Source: Catajapyx aquilonaris
Taxonomy: Eukaryota
Reading direction: 5' to 3'
DNA length: 64,000 nucleotides
Assembly: GCA_000934665.2 (NCBI GenBank)
Contig: KZ538335.1
Location: 1 to 64,000, forward strand
Of the stretch, positions 19,101 to 33,800 are shown piece after piece (position 1 is the first letter of the stretch; every line of letters begins with the position of its first letter). The notes under the pieces are model-generated. The model worked only from the letters and a program-made list of their open reading frames with translations. It was not told the origin of the DNA and did not search any database. The translations under genes and the position numbers were made by a program.

Positions 19101-21841
19101 GTACATTGAAAGACTAATGCCTAAGCTACATGCCACGGAACCGAAAATGTCGCGAATCCAAAAATTTAGCATTTTTTTTTTCTATGGGTTTCTAGCTAAC
19201 TTATAGAGGTTGAGGGGAGGGGGATAGAGAAGCCTATAGCTATAGATAGTAGAGTCACTGGACTGAACTGGGAACTGACTCACGCACGGACATCGAAGGA
19301 ACCAAGCTAACGTGGAAGAGGGCTGCTCTTATTATCATACTTTTTTTTTATTTAATTTTTTGGCATAAAAGGTGGCCAACGGACAACGACTAACCACTTA
19401 TGTACACTACTGATAATTATCATGAGGACAGTCAAAAACGAGGCTCGCCTTGTTGTGTGTGTGTAGTTCTGTTACCTAGCTTCTGCTCTCTCTCTCTCTC
19501 TCCACTAAAAGAAACAGGCTCCCAACAATGCCCATTTTTTGGGAGCTACAAAGCTTTTTTTTGAGTTTTTTTTGTGCTTTTTGGTTCTCGTCACTTAAGC
19601 TCGTTCGCACTATATTTTCATTGCACAAATCAGCCTTTTTTTTTTGATCTGTGACATTACGTGATGTCTTTAATCTCAAAAAAAGTGTTCATACAACTAA
19701 GAGTGAATAGTGCGATCACTTGTGCCAGAAAGGTAAGTGTGTGGCCAATTGTCGTGTGTGGGTTCCGCTTACCCTAATAATACTGACACTTGCGTACTTA
19801 TGAAATGGGTGAACCTTCATTGTAATGTGAGAATTTTCCTTTCCTGAGTTGAGCTTGGGCCTCACAAACACTGTTCAAGCATAACTGGCACAAGTGCAAG
19901 GGACAAGTCACGTTTTTAAATACATTTTTTTGTTGTTGTTTTAAAACATCAGGGGGGCATTTAGGACTGCATGTGAACTAAGGAACAAATCTATAGACTT
20001 GGGCGTATTAGGAACTTTTTGACATGTTTTGTTGCTTTTTTGCTATGCACATTTTTGAGTAGCGCCTCGTCCATTATTTGCATAGCTGAGCTGGACACAT
20101 TCAGGTAATGAGGGTAGGGTAGGATTTAAATAACATCAGAGTGAGCCTTGGACCCGCGGACCAAAACCAGAACAGGCCGGCAGCCTATATTAATTATTAA
20201 CATTTAATAGGAACTCTCCACTTGGTCCTTGTCTTGAGTCAAGTCTCACTGAAGGGAGAGAGAGAGAAAATATATACGTCACAAGAAACTTTTTAAAAAA
20301 ACAAAACAACGGTATTGGTAGGATGTAACGGACCTAGTGGCAATGACGTCAAGGAAGTTGGGGGAAAAGCAGCTCCTTGGTCCGCCATATAGGAAAGGTG
20401 TCAGGCTCCTCGGTCGCTCCTCGTGTGTGATCAAACCCTGCTTAGTCAAGCGACCGAGGTGACGTCGTTCCAATCCCAATTAAACATGCATTATGAGTAC
20501 ATTAACGAACAATGGGGAACAATTAAAAAAAAGCCGCAATTGTGATGTCGTTGCTCGCAATATGAGGCTGAGGTAGTCAGTCGCTGCTCGCTGGGAGGAT
20601 TGCTTCCTAGCAGCAAACGCGTTTTATGTTGCACAACCTAGTATATGAAATAAGCGAAAGAGTTCATTACAATTAAAAAGAGCCATCCTTCCCATGCGAG
20701 TCAGGACATGAAAAATGAAGCTGCCTTAGAAATTCCCTCCAATAAGGAATCATTTTTACCTCCTAAGACACATCTATAGAAGCCAGAAAAAAAACCAATG
20801 TGGCCAAAAAGACAAGGTGCCAGATACCTCTTTTTTTTTTTAAAGTTTTAAAAGTTATATGCACACTGTTGGGGAGGGAAGGGACCAGGTTTCGCTTCGA
20901 ATGAACTTTTTGCGATAAAAATATAGTACAAAACACCTTGCAGCCATTTGGAGCGAAACCGGTCGCTTTTAAAAAATCGTGTCATTTTTTTTCTTCTTCT
21001 TCAAAACCTCTACAAAGTGCAGTCATGAAAAAATCACATCATCAGGAAATAATCGTCATCATATCTCTGCGCCTCAATCTGTTGTATCACATTTTAGATC
21101 CCTGTTTGAGCTTTTTTTTTGCCGTTTTTTTTTTCTTCGGTGTATTTCTTTAAAACTCTTCGCCCTCGGGGACCTATCTCTCCTCATTTTTCATATTTTT
21201 TTTGTTTTAAATAGTATTATATCACACTGAATCATCCCATTTTCGGAGGATTTTTTTTTTTTTTTTTTGTAAAAGCTCGTCCTGCTTGCTCTAAACTCAT
21301 TCGCACAACCACATGTATCCGCCATTTTTTGTTATATTTTTTAAAAAAATGTGTTTGCAGCGTTGTCGTTCTTCCTGTCTCGAACTCCGGCTTGAACCAA
21401 TAGACGAATTTGAACACAAGTTGGTTTTTACATCTCCCACGCGTTTGTACAACTGGACAGTCCAGCAGGGAGTTGACCGCTCGAAACATATGAGAGAGAG
21501 AGAGAGAGAGAGAGAAAGAGGAGAGGGGGGAAATGTGCTGTGTGTACGAGAGAGAAGAAGAGACAACGCCACAAATCCAGCCAAAATAAACAAAAATGAT
21601 TGTTGTGTGACACCCGGTTGTAACCCCCCCAAAAAACAAAGTGGACATAACTTTGGTTGCAACACTTGCACTAACAACTAGGGGTGGGGAATGGGGGGGG
21701 GACACAGTAAAAAAAAAATTGGGATATACCTTCTGTCACCGCACATAGATGGCGCCCTGGCCATCTGCCGGACCATTGAAAATGTGGGCCTTAATAATAA
21801 TAGTAGTAATAATTTCTGGGGGTGGTTGTGGCTGATGAAGT
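16200..21841 (-). other. Probable long 3' UTR/downstream region of the nubbin-like gene
   Basis: No credible ORF; rich in homopolymers and microsatellites. Minus-strand AATAAA candidates (plus-strand TTTATT) occur at e.g. 16210-16215, ~16745-16755 and ~16783. The extent is inferred, not demonstrated. Confidence 0.4.
17359..17434. repeat. Imperfect (AAT)n microsatellite
   Basis: TAATAATAATAG...AATAATAATAATAAT runs. Confidence 0.9.
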
Positions 21842-24800
21842 TCAATCTTTGAGAACGTGGTTGGCGGGCGAGTTGGCTGCGGCTGCGGCGTGTGCAGCTG
21901 CGGCAAAGGAGTGCTGACCGGTGACCAGTGAGAGAGCAGGGTGTCCGCTCAGGGGTCCGCCCAGGGGTCCGCCCTGGGTAAGGGCGGCCAGGGAGGTTGG
22001 GGTGGCGATGGAGGCAGTGGCCGCGGCGAACATCCCCTGGTGTGTGGGACCCGCAGAGCTGCAGATGGTAGGACTGATGCCCAAGGCTGCACTTGGAGGG
22101 TTGATGCGCTTCTCCTTCTGCCGCCTGCAGCGGATTCTGGGCATCATTGTCACATTCTAGACCTCTCTCGCTCTCTCAACGCTCCCACATCATCACCACC
22201 AAGGTTTACACACAAAACATGCGTGGAGTCATGCAGGATACTTGGAACAACTACATATACCCACAGCCTAACGTCTCAAAAGAGGATTTCTTATGGACCG
22301 CACTGTACCCACCGATCTGATTGGCGGAGCGGAGCATCGCCTACTTTTTGAGAAGTTATGCTGTGGGTACTGTAAAAGCAGCGACATTTTTGGCTCAAAG
22401 GTTTTCTGATAAATGGCAGTAAGTTCGTTACATGTCATGGCTACGTTTCATGATCATTACGGTGGAAGATACATGCCAGTAATGATCAGGCTACAGCACG
22501 TGTGAACCATTGTAGTTCGCGTTCTCTTTCGTTTTAATTGCACGCTAGCCATGACAGTATGACCGGTTCTGATTGGCTGGATCAAACACCATGAGTAACG
22601 CAAAGTGACAATAAGCAAGTTCGGATCCGAATCAAAACAACCAGACCATATAACAAGGCTGCCCTGTAATTGCCTCACCGTAGTGGCAGCTACTGCAATA
22701 GCCTGCATACTTCCATGCGATCTACTGTACGTGACAAAATCTTTCGGACAACCCCCATCAGCACTCTAGCAAGGTAAATCTCATGCGGTGGAGAAACTGA
22801 CAGCTGAATCGCATCAGGATATGTTTGTCCGAAACATTTTCTTCAACAACTACGACACATCCAAACAACTCGACCAAATTAGTAAAGCAGGTAGTACCTG
22901 TTGCAGAACCAGACGCGGACGACCTCCTTCTCCATGCCGAGGCTCTCTGCCAGCATGGAGATCTCCTCTGAGGTGGGCTTTGGGTTCTGCAGGAAGGCCT
23001 TCTCGAGGGCCACCCTGACGCTGGTCTCGATGGAGGTCCGCTTCTTCCTGCGCCTCCCGATGGCCTCCGGGGTGGTGTGCGGGTTGGTCAGCGCGTTTGG
23101 GTTGTTGAGCGAGTTGTCCGCGTCCTCCAGCCACTTCTGCAGGAGGGGCTTCAACTTGCACATGTTCTTGAAGGACAGGTTCAGCGCCTCGAACCGGGAG
23201 ATGGTTGTCTGGGAGAAGTCGTTGCCGTACAGCTTGCCCATCGCCAGACCAACATCGCCCTGGGTGAACCCTGATGGAAAATTGATTACAATGTTGGTCG
23301 ACACTGATTGCGCAGTGTCCAACTAACCTAGCTTGATGCGTCTTTGCTTGAAGGTCTTTGCGAACTGCTCCAGCTCCTCCAGGTCCGTGGTCTCCTCCAC
23401 CGGCGGCTCCAGCATCCGAGCAGTGGGTCCTTTCAACCCTCCTCCACCTCCGCCTCCACCTCCGCCTCCCGAATTGTGGTGATGGTGATGGTGGTTGTGG
23501 TGATGGTGATGGTGCGGCGCCACCTGCCCGGTCAGCTGCTGGGGGCCGCCCTGGGTCTGGCCCCCGCCCCCTCCTCCGCCCCCTCCATGGGAACCTCCAT
23601 TCTGCTGTTGCTGCTGCCCCTGCCCTTGGTTGGTTCCCTGCTGGTGACTCTGCTGCTGTTGGCTGGCGTTTTGGGACTGCTGCTGTTGCTGGCTCTGGTT
23701 CTGCTGCTGGCTCTGCTGGAGCTGGTGCTGCTGAATCTGCTGCTGGTGCTTCTGAAGCTGCTGAAGCTGCTGCGCCGCCTGAGCAACCGCCTGCTGCACC
23801 TGCACAACAATTATGCAGCGTGACAGTCGGAAAATAATTGGCCTCTTCCGGGTCTCCATTCGCATATATACACACACGCATGGGCACCTGCGACCCGATT
23901 GATCGCAAGTGCTGCAAATGTAGGTGACAATAGGTGCAATTATGCCGGTGGGGCCAGACACGGTGTGACGGCCCGGCCCAGCAACATCAGCCGAAAATGA
24001 GCTGGTCTATAAGGCCCCTAGTCTGGTGACCCGGGGTAAGCTTGCCCCCGGGCAAACACCATGGCAACTTTATGTAAAAGGATAGCAGTAAACAACAAGT
24101 TACCCCAGGGGGCAAGCTACCCCGGGTCACCAGACTATATACCTAAATCATTCATTTAATTACTTGATGGTGTTTAGTGAACAGCAAAATATTACCGTTT
24201 TCGTTGTTCCGGACCATTTTAAAATATATACAGGCACTCACCTTACTTATCGCCAAATTCAACAAACACCGGCCCAGAATATACCTTCCTATTGACTCTC
24301 CAGATAAAGCCTAATGCCCGCAGTATCTTCAGATATGCGTACGGTACATGAAATATTTGGATTGGTACTCGGTACCAGTGTTCATCCTGGCAGTTAGTTA
24401 ACCCAAGCGTTTCTCTTGTCATGCTAGAAGTGGGCAGGGCAGGGGTTGGATCACCCCCCCCCCCCCCCCAAACTATGCCGCACTGTCTGCGCACCCAATC
24501 CAGGTTAAGGTTAATCGGTAATCAATTAAGGAAGTGAGTAACACCCTGAACATTTCAGAACATCGGGCTACTACCCCCCCCCCCCCAAAAAAAAAAAAGA
24601 AAATCAGGATATCACGTCATCCGACTCAAAATCAACTGGCTAATAAATTCGGATACTATATGTTGAAGAGGGTGATATTGAAGGGGGGGTTGAAAATTAA
24701 TAGGCGGCACGAAAGGTTGGTGTTTTTTTTTTACGTTATAAAGAGGGTTGGTTGGATCGAAGGTCTGGAATGCGTTGCGTGTTCCTCTGCAAATAAATCG

Positions 24801-27800
24801 GAATCGTTTCGTTACGCGGCTTTTGTGGGCGGCCGCCAGCGATCGAAGGTACAAGCCCGCGACGTTGCGAATCTCTTTTTTTTCTCTCCCCCTTTTACAG
24901 GAACCTTGATTCCACACTACCAAGTGTCACCGATAAATTACCAAATAAATGCCATCGGCTGTTGATGAAACCATAATTTGAATACATATGTTCCACACTA
25001 CACTGTTTGAAGGCGTCCCCCCCAAAAAATAATTTCGCAATAGCTGCAGAGGTGTGCGTGGGCAGCAATCAAACTGCGGGTTGCGCCCACAAAAAGGCGT
25101 CGGTTCTTCCAGGAAAAGCTAATCAAAGGCCCGCAAGCCCTCATTTTTTTTCAATGCCCTCCGCATGCAAATGTGAGCCCGAGCCGGCATGCAAATCGAG
25201 GCCCAACATGCACACACCAGCATGCACCTTCTAACCCAACCCACCCACTCCAAAGAGGGCCAACCGCAATATTTGGGCCTGACTCGTGTGTTTCGTCTCT
25301 ATCTGCGCCCTCAAACCAGCAAAAGAGCCCTAATAAAATTCCTCCGATTGAGACACGTTTGGAACGTTTCCCAGTTGGAGGCGGTCGCAAAAGTTCTTCC
25401 TTCCGCTCCGATGGTTTTATGCTATCCGAATTATGATAATAAAGTGCAACACACTCCAACCTGGTTCTGGAGGAAGAACTGCGTTTGGGCCGGAAGCTGT
25501 GCTGCTGTCCCTGGCTGGAAGAGGACGAACTGCTGCAGTTGCTGCTGCAGGCTCTGCTGGTGCTGCTGCAACGTCTGCTGCAATGCCTATACGGTACACA
25601 ATGTTGGGAGTTAAGACCTGTTTACGCCTTGGTCGCACAACCAGCGTCTGGTCGTGCGACCGATGCTCAAATCGGGCGACCGGTGCTCAAATCGGGCGAC
25701 CGGTGCTCAAATCGTGCGACCGGTGCTCAAATCGGGCGACCGGTGCTCAAATCGGGCGACCGGTGCTCAAATCGTGCGACCGGTGCTCAAATCGTGCGAC
25801 CGGTGCTCAAATCGTTTAGAGCAGCGGTTCCTAAGAAAGAGTGGTTACCTGCAGCTCCTGAGGTCGAAGAGAGCCGAGGTTTGGCAGAGAGGTGGTGACA
25901 GCAGGGATTTGTCTGGCCGCTGCAGCCGCCAGCTGGTTCTGCAAGAACAGCTGCTGGCCAGGAGCACCCAAGCTGATCAGCTGAAACAGGACATGCTGTT
26001 ACCATCGTCTGGTTCAACAGTCCCCCCGTTTACACGAGGCCATACCTGGTTGAGCGAGATCTGCCCCGTCTGCAGGGCCGCCAGCGCCGCCTGCACGCTG
26101 GCAGCCGATCCGGACAGGACCTGTCCGTTGGGCGGCGAAGAGTAGGAGTGTCCGTGTGTATTGTGTCCGTGTGTATGGGGGTGGGAGGAAGGCGGCGAGC
26201 GAGCGGAGGGACTCGACGACCCGCGATTATGATGGTGGTGGTGGTGATGATGGTGGTTGTGGTTGTTATTGTTATTGTTGTTGTTGTTGGCCACGTTGTT
26301 GTTGCCCCCTGCCGCCGACTTGGTCTGCCGTTGCGACTGGTCCGTCACCAGATTGAGCGCCCCGGAGTCCAACGAATCCGCATCGTCGTTTCCGTCGTCC
26401 TCCGGGTCGCTGCAACCCCCTAGCAACCCAGCAGCCTCACCATCAACCACCCCAGCCTCACAGCTGCTGCTACTTCCACCTTCCTCCTCCCCCGAGCCTC
26501 CAGACGCATCGCCGTTCACACCGGCCTCTGGAACATCCCCCAGAACGAAAAAAAAAAGTAGTAGTCAACTTCTTCCAACTCTATTTTCCCCTGCTCTTTC
26601 TCGCTCTGTCAATACTGCCAACATGCATAATTCAAAGACGGGCGCGGATTCTTCCGCCCGGCGGTCACTCCATCCGTCGCCCCAGGGAACCAACCCACAA
26701 CCATCGCTAATCAATAATGTATCAATGGCTATTGGCAAAAGTGACTATCCGTCACGGAGACGGTTACTGAAAAAAAAAATGTTGAGGGTATTTAGGGCGG
26801 TGCGAGGAAAAGGGTTGTGCGCGGTTTGCCCCACCTTTCGATTCGTCAAGCGGACCAATGACAAACCGAGGCACAGCATCCACACAGGAGCAGATGCGCA
26901 TAAGGAATTTTAAAAACACATATCCACGCAACCGTTTAAAAAAAAAAGAAACTGATAAAAAGCAACAAGTAGGTCGTAAGGGGGGCAACCCCATACCCAT
27001 TTGCATACCCCTCGAATCAAGTGGGATTTTTTGGGGAATACCCGCGATGTCAAAGGGCAAGGGGGAGGGAGACCCCCAGAAAAAAAATAATCAATGGAGC
27101 CATTTAAAGGCGGCTTAAAAGGCGGCTTTGAGCTAGGGGAGAGATCCCTCTTATGCTCCACACTTGACTGATTATTAACCTCATTTGAATGGGTTTGTAA
27201 CGAGGTGCAAAGGGCACAGCATTACTCACACCTATCATTCAGCCCCATCAAAATTGGATGGTGTTATGCAATAATGGGTCAACCCACGATTTTTTTTTTT
27301 GATTATGTTTGGTGTGCAATTTGCGCTATATATAGTAATGCTACCTATAGAGAAGGTAAAAAGCCAGCCTCCTCCTGGAGAAGGTAAATGACTTGCACGT
27401 CTCCGAGTGCAAGGTAACACTGCGGAATTGGGTGTTTGGAGCAATGGCTTTTTAACTGCCTCTGGCCTCCTGCCAGGGCTTGCCGCCCAAAACCGCCGCT
27501 CTCAAATACTAAATAACTCCCCCGGTCGCTTCCCCCATGATAAAAGTAGTGGACAGCAAATTCAATTAGGTTTTTGCCCCCCCCCCCCTATCCTCCCCGA
27601 CCATTACCAAGCCTCTACCATATTGCCAATTAACACCTTAGCAAGCCAGCCTGAAAATGAAAGACCTCTTGTGGCACAATGGTTGTCGTGTAAACATGAC
27701 GGCCTCCGGACATGTGCAACCGCTGCTCGTAATTACAAAAATAAAGAATCCCCCACCAAGATGGCCGACCCAGCTCCTTGATTGGCGCTTAGCCGCATCT

Positions 27801-30800
27801 ATATAAGGTGGGGGAAGGAGAAATTTTGGTGGGGGGGTTGAGGGGGATGCTGTGTTGTTGGGGGTGGGTGGGTGGAATGGGAATAATTACAGGAGCAGGC
27901 TGCTGGCTATCGATTGCTAGAGCTGCAAGAGTGTCTTTTATTCTGTGGGCAGTTGTGGGGGTGGGGTGGGAGTGTTGACGTGGATGACATGGGGAGGTGG
28001 GGGAGAGAGAGTTGGCTAGTTCTCTTCTCTTTCTCTGCTAGCCAATCAATAAGTTGAGCCCAGACGCGGGTTAATGGGGCTAATGGGCCCGAGGAAGGGT
28101 GGCCATCACCCCCCCCCCCCCCCCAAAAAAAAATTCTGCCGTCCATATCTTCGGAACACCCTGTACACAATATGCAATATTTCGTATATATTCCCCCTCC
28201 CCTACTGATAGCCCATCGATATTCACAAGGCGGACGCCATTTGGGATGGACAAGAGCAAAAGAGGGGGGGAGGTCATGCAGATTTTTCTAGGGGGAAAAA
28301 GAGCCTCATACATCTGTTCAAATAGGCAACCCCGAGCAGAGATAGGACCTGAAGGGAGGCCATTTCCAGATGCCTTACTCTGCATCCCAAAAACTGCAGA
28401 CACACAAAAAAAAATGTGGACGCTCTATTTCACTAGGATAGCGTCGAGTCGTATTCATATCTAAGGAAAAGGTCATCGCAAATTGAATCAGCATCACTGT
28501 CAGTTACTGGTGTCTGAAATTTATTGGGTCATGCTTTTTAATTACATGGCGTCGTTTTGACACCCTCTATAGGGGACGGCAAACAAACATCGCGTGCCAA
28601 TCACGTGCCAATCTATTTAAAATCAGAGCGGGTGAGGGTAGGGTTGTGGGTTTTTATACATATAAGCTGGCCCCGAGATGGCCGTAAAAAGAGGGGGACG
28701 GGTTACACACAAAAAAAAGTAAGGGTGGTCCACCTGGGGGACATAGGGGCACACGAGCCCTCCACTTCTCTTTCAACTTCACCCCCGGGGGCTAATTGAG
28801 GTTAAAAATCCGCTTAACTGCCCCTCTCCGGGTTTTTTTTGTGTGGGTACGACACACGTACCGCACACGTCTTCCGGGTAGTCGTAAAAGACAGATAGCT
28901 ATCGGGGTCAGCAGTGTCAAAGGTCATTGCTGGGTTGTCCCATGACATGTAACCACACCCTACACATACACGCATATCTTCAGCTCCCGATCGGTACTCA
29001 CCCCCTGAAGGCGGCGACACTGGCTCCTTCTCCATTCTCCTGATCGGATCAGCTGTAACAATAAGAGACAACCAATCATTGAAAATAGCTGCCAACAAAC
29101 GGGGGGCGAGGAAATTCAATCAAGCAACCTCTGTTGTTTATTACAATCATGATCGTGTCATACACGATATGCAATATGCATCGGGGAGGTCAGATATGAC
29201 CACGAGTCTGCTCAGATGCGACCTGGGTTGTAATGATAGTAGTTTTGTTGGGTGGTCAGCATTGATAAAAGGGGAAATGGACAAATCAATGCCCCCAATT
29301 TTTTGCAACAACAAGCAAAATGCAAGAGGTCTCATTACAAATTGAGTCATGTTCCAGTGCGAAATAATTCAGACCCATATTTTGACTGTCAAGCAACCGG
29401 TCCATTTGCATGTCTCGGACTTTTTTCCCGCCCTCCCTCAGATACCTCCTCCTTAGGGAAATGCATTACCCGACAACAAAAGCCTCCAGACATACCCTTT
29501 TTGCTAACAAAACGCTTCAATTACTGGACAGAAAATTTGTGCCATGTCGGGTCAACAATCGTGGGCGGACCTTCCAGATATGAATGTTTGATCCGCTTCT
29601 TCGGCAGTTACATATCTGAGATGTCACACAACTATGGCTCTTTTGAAAGAAAAAAAAAGTAGAACACCACAGAATGTCCTTATGAATATAGTAATATCCA
29701 TCAAATGAATAGTTTCGCTGGATGAGGGTACTCTAAAAATTTCGAGCAGAATGAGCAATTTCGCAAAAAATGCTCTTTTTGCGTAAATTTCCCTCGGCAA
29801 AATTTACTTTAACTCAAATCGAGTTGATATTACTCGAAATAATAGCGAAAATAAGTGAGATACTACTCTTTCAGTGTGTGAAATGATTACTCATTCTGAC
29901 TGGACTCTGAGTGAAATTATTACTCATTCTGAGTGAAATAGAACTGAAGAAATAGAGTGATTTTTCACTCAAAACGAGGATTCAAATCAAGTGGAAGAAT
30001 GAGTGAAAATCACTCGATAATTTTAAGGGTGATAATGGTGGTCAGCGATTCGTTGATAAATAAGACGCGATGTCGCTGGATGAATCAAAAAAATCGCTCG
30101 TTTTTTTTTGTTGTGTGAATGTGCCGTTGGAGGTGACGAGTTGGATCCTGCTGGGAAGCGATGTTTCGGGCGCCTTTAAGTCCTTATTTGAGCCCCCGGT
30201 GCTGGTCCCAGGGCGCCCTCGCGTGCCAATTGGCCCGCGGCTGAATTAATAGCCAGGCTCTCTTCCCTGCTCTCAATTTACTTACCTCCCTTCCCGACCA
30301 GCAGCTGCAGCAGAAAATTCCCTTAGGAATCTACCACAGCTCTTTTTTTTTTTCTTTCTATATACCCCATCCTCCTCCCCAAAATGGTCCAACCATAAAC
30401 TAAGACATTGGGACTGTATCCAACCCCACCAAAAACAGCAATCCCTTCCATCCACTTACAGTTTTTCGGAAATGCTATTTGCAAACCAAATCCAATCTGG
30501 TCGATTCTTGCCCAATTCTGGGCACATTCAAAAAATGATGTGTTGAATATATAGCAAGTTGTGTACTGTTCAATTAGAGCGTAATATTTCTGAGTCAGGA
30601 TCGTACTTTTTGGTGTGCTTCATGTGGTTTAGTATGCTATTCGGTTCTTGGAGCTACTTATTGATGTGGACGCGGCTGGTGTCCCCGGAGAAGGGAGGGG
30701 GGGGCCAATAGGGAAGAAACTCCCTATTTCCTTTTGGCATCTTGCCCTTCTTTCTTATACGGACTACACTTGCTCTATTCCAGGGACATGCAAGTTGGCG

Positions 30801-33800
30801 TCTGTGGCCGAGAAAAGAATCACCTCCTCTTGCAGCACATTCTCTCCCTCCCGGATGCAAACTCCGGGACTGTCCCCCCTAAGCCTATTAATCCCCTGCC
30901 GACGGCCGAAACGAATACGAATCCGGACCCCCATACTTCTTTTTCTAGGGGGACAGTATGGGGGAAGCACGCAATTGCTTTCCCTCCACAACACAGCAAT
31001 CTTAAGGGTGGTCATTCTACCGGATGGGTCAAATGTCAACCGGTAGTGCAACTGCGCAAAACTGCAACAAATCTAGCTTTCCTTTAAAAAAAAAAATCAG
31101 ACACCACGAACACGTTTGTCCATTCAAAATATGTCCTCCCTGCGGACTTCCCCCCCCCCCCTCCAAAAAAAAGATGCAGAAGTGTCTGCTTTGCATGCGT
31201 GCCAGCCCACTTCTTTCCCCTCTGATGGAGCCCACCCCAGGCCAAATTTGACATTCAGATGGGCCATGCTGGCCACTGGGCTTCTACAGGGCAAGCATCT
31301 TTTGCCTGGTCGCATCTGTCCTACATTATGCTCTTTTTTTTCCTTCCGTTTTTTGGCTCCCTCTGGTGGGGGAGTATATAGCTCTGGAAACTAGGGAGAA
31401 GAAGTAGGCAAAAAAAAAGAAGAGTAAGAGAGGAGTCCCATTTGACTGCCATCCTCCAAGGGGCATGTGGACCCTTCTTTGGGTCGACTCACCTGGGACT
31501 CGTTTACTCCAACACTTACAGCCATCTCATTCCCTCCTTGCTTCCTTCTATGCAAACATGGTCAAGTTCTTCGCCCCCCTACCCCTCCTAGACTTGTAAT
31601 CACCCTTCGCCAGATAAATAATGACTATAGGGAATGGATGTGGAGAAAAAGTTAAGAGTTGATGGAATTTTTCTGTGGAGGATTGGCTTGGAGGGGGGAA
31701 TTCAAAATGGCGACCGAATTCCTATGCAGCCAGGCCTCAAATTATCCCTAGCTTCTGTCAGCAAAATTTGGGCTCCCTAAGGTCTGATTCTACTGGGAGA
31801 AAACTGCGAAAAACGAATTCATTGGAATGAACAGGCTTGTCCAGTAGAATTCGGGTTATACAACAAAATATTGACACGACAGCCTTTTTAACTTGGCTGT
31901 CATATTACATAACAATGCGGCTAAGATGGTGCTTTTAACATCTCAAGTAACAAGGCCTTCAACTGTATTGGATAGGCGTGATCTACATACTGTAGCGCAC
32001 GACATTTGGCGCATTTCATGAATGCTGCTTCCCAAAATCGCCTCCCACTGCCCCCCCCCCCATACCCCCAAACACCCCCCTTAATATCTTTGCACAATCA
32101 GCTCATTACATGGTGTATGCATGCTTGCTCTATTGATCAACTCATTAAGAAATTCATGCCGCACGACACTGTCCATAGCATGTTATACACTCTAGGACTC
32201 TATATAGGGGAGGGGGGAGGGGGGGGGGTCCTTAATATATTTTTGGGGGGTAAAAATTTTCGGCGTGGAAAAGTGCATAACGGAAAGGCGATCCGGGCAG
32301 CAGATGGAGCTCCAGTGCAAACAACGTCCAACGTTGCCAAACCACGCCAATAAATCCCCTCAACATCATATTCGGCCCTTCATCACAGGGAGCCGGGTTC
32401 AAATAGACTCCGGGGCACGGGGCAAACATCGGCCTCGGCCCCGTGTTTGCCTTTGGTCTCCTCATCTGTGATGCAAAAGTCGCCTTTTATCCGCAGGCCC
32501 CCTTTTTTTCTTCTTCTTCTACTTCTCCTCCAGCTGGACTTTGCATTGGAAAATACGGGGAACCGGACTTTTCCTTTTCTTCATTTTATATTATATCCGG
32601 AGCCCTCAGGTGAATTCCCGCCCGCACGGCAAATTTCATATCTGGCCGCCCAATCGGACGATAAAGCCCCGGATGCAAAAGTCCCTCGAGGTGTGCGGCT
32701 CCCGGAACTTGGTCCGGAAAAAAGAAAATTTTCGAGTCTCTCTCTGCGTGTGTATATATAGAGTTCACATGTTGTTGGGTCGTTGGTCGTAAAAACGGGA
32801 AGCAAAGACAGGGGGAGAAGGACTGACTGACGGTTCTGGACAGTGACGAGACCGGTGGGACACTTGGCTGTCCTGGACGCTTGCACGACGGGCGAAACAT
32901 GTCGCACTTCTTTCAGGAGATTTGGGAGGATCTCCTGGGGAAAAGCCGAACCGCCTTGAACAAAGCTCAAATGAGACGCTAATTTCTTCCTCCAAAAAAA
33001 TAAATTTGGCCGTACCGGTTTTTTTTTTTTTGCATTATTCATGTTCCTGCATAATGAACAGTGCGGCTCTAAAAAATGCGGTAAGAATCCGGATGTGAGG
33101 GGTGCCTATAAAAAATGAAACACCTAATTTGCAAGGGCCGCGACTGGTCCAATTATGAGCGGCCGGGGTGTCCTGAATATTGCAGATCTTCGATTGGCAC
33201 AGGCGCCGATTACATCTGCAAAGGAGCTTCTGCACCATCCTCTCCAAGACGCAACCGGTCAATCACCGTCTTAAAAAAAATTTGACCATTTTTTTCCGTC
33301 CCATCTATAGTTGGGGGCCATTTTTGTTAGCATTGCTCGAAATTGCTTCGGAATATATTTCCCTTGCTGATGTCCAGAGTAAATATTGGAATTTGTAGAT
33401 ACGAGGTTCGAGCCAAGGACAGAGCTGTATATATAGGCTATATGTTACTACAGTAAGGTTTTTCGTACCGAATTCTGTATCATGTGATACTTTGTGGGCA
33501 CACGGTGTGCAGTCCAAATTACATGGCTGTACGTAGTGTATTGCGTCGTTACATTCCTAATCGGACTTGGGAATGTGCACGTTAGGCTAGTGGTTGAAAA
33601 GTATACGTTTTGGAGCCAAGGTGAACTGACGGTTGTAGTTCGGGCATGATTATGGTGGTAACTTTATGCAAACGATCGGTTGATATAGTACAAACATATG
33701 TGTGGGTGAGTCTATACGTCGATCTACATTATTTTTGGGTACATTGGTTCCAATCGATCCTTATAAATGGTTAAAACTTGCCTGCTTTTGCCCCCTAGGT

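Noticed and set aside
22850..23917. 355-aa minus-strand ORF and antisense ORFs over the POU region
   Set aside because: Alternative-frame shadows of GC-rich, CAG-rich nub exons; the POU frame with GT-AG introns explains the region.
25433..26145. Plus-strand ORFs with repeating [20 protein letters not shown]
   Set aside because: Translation of the 20-bp minisatellite and the antisense strand of nub exons.
30270..30310. Minus-strand GAG|GTAAGT donor as another nub exon
   Set aside because: The nearest acceptor gives a 19-nt non-frame-preserving exon, and no convincing start or initiator was found.
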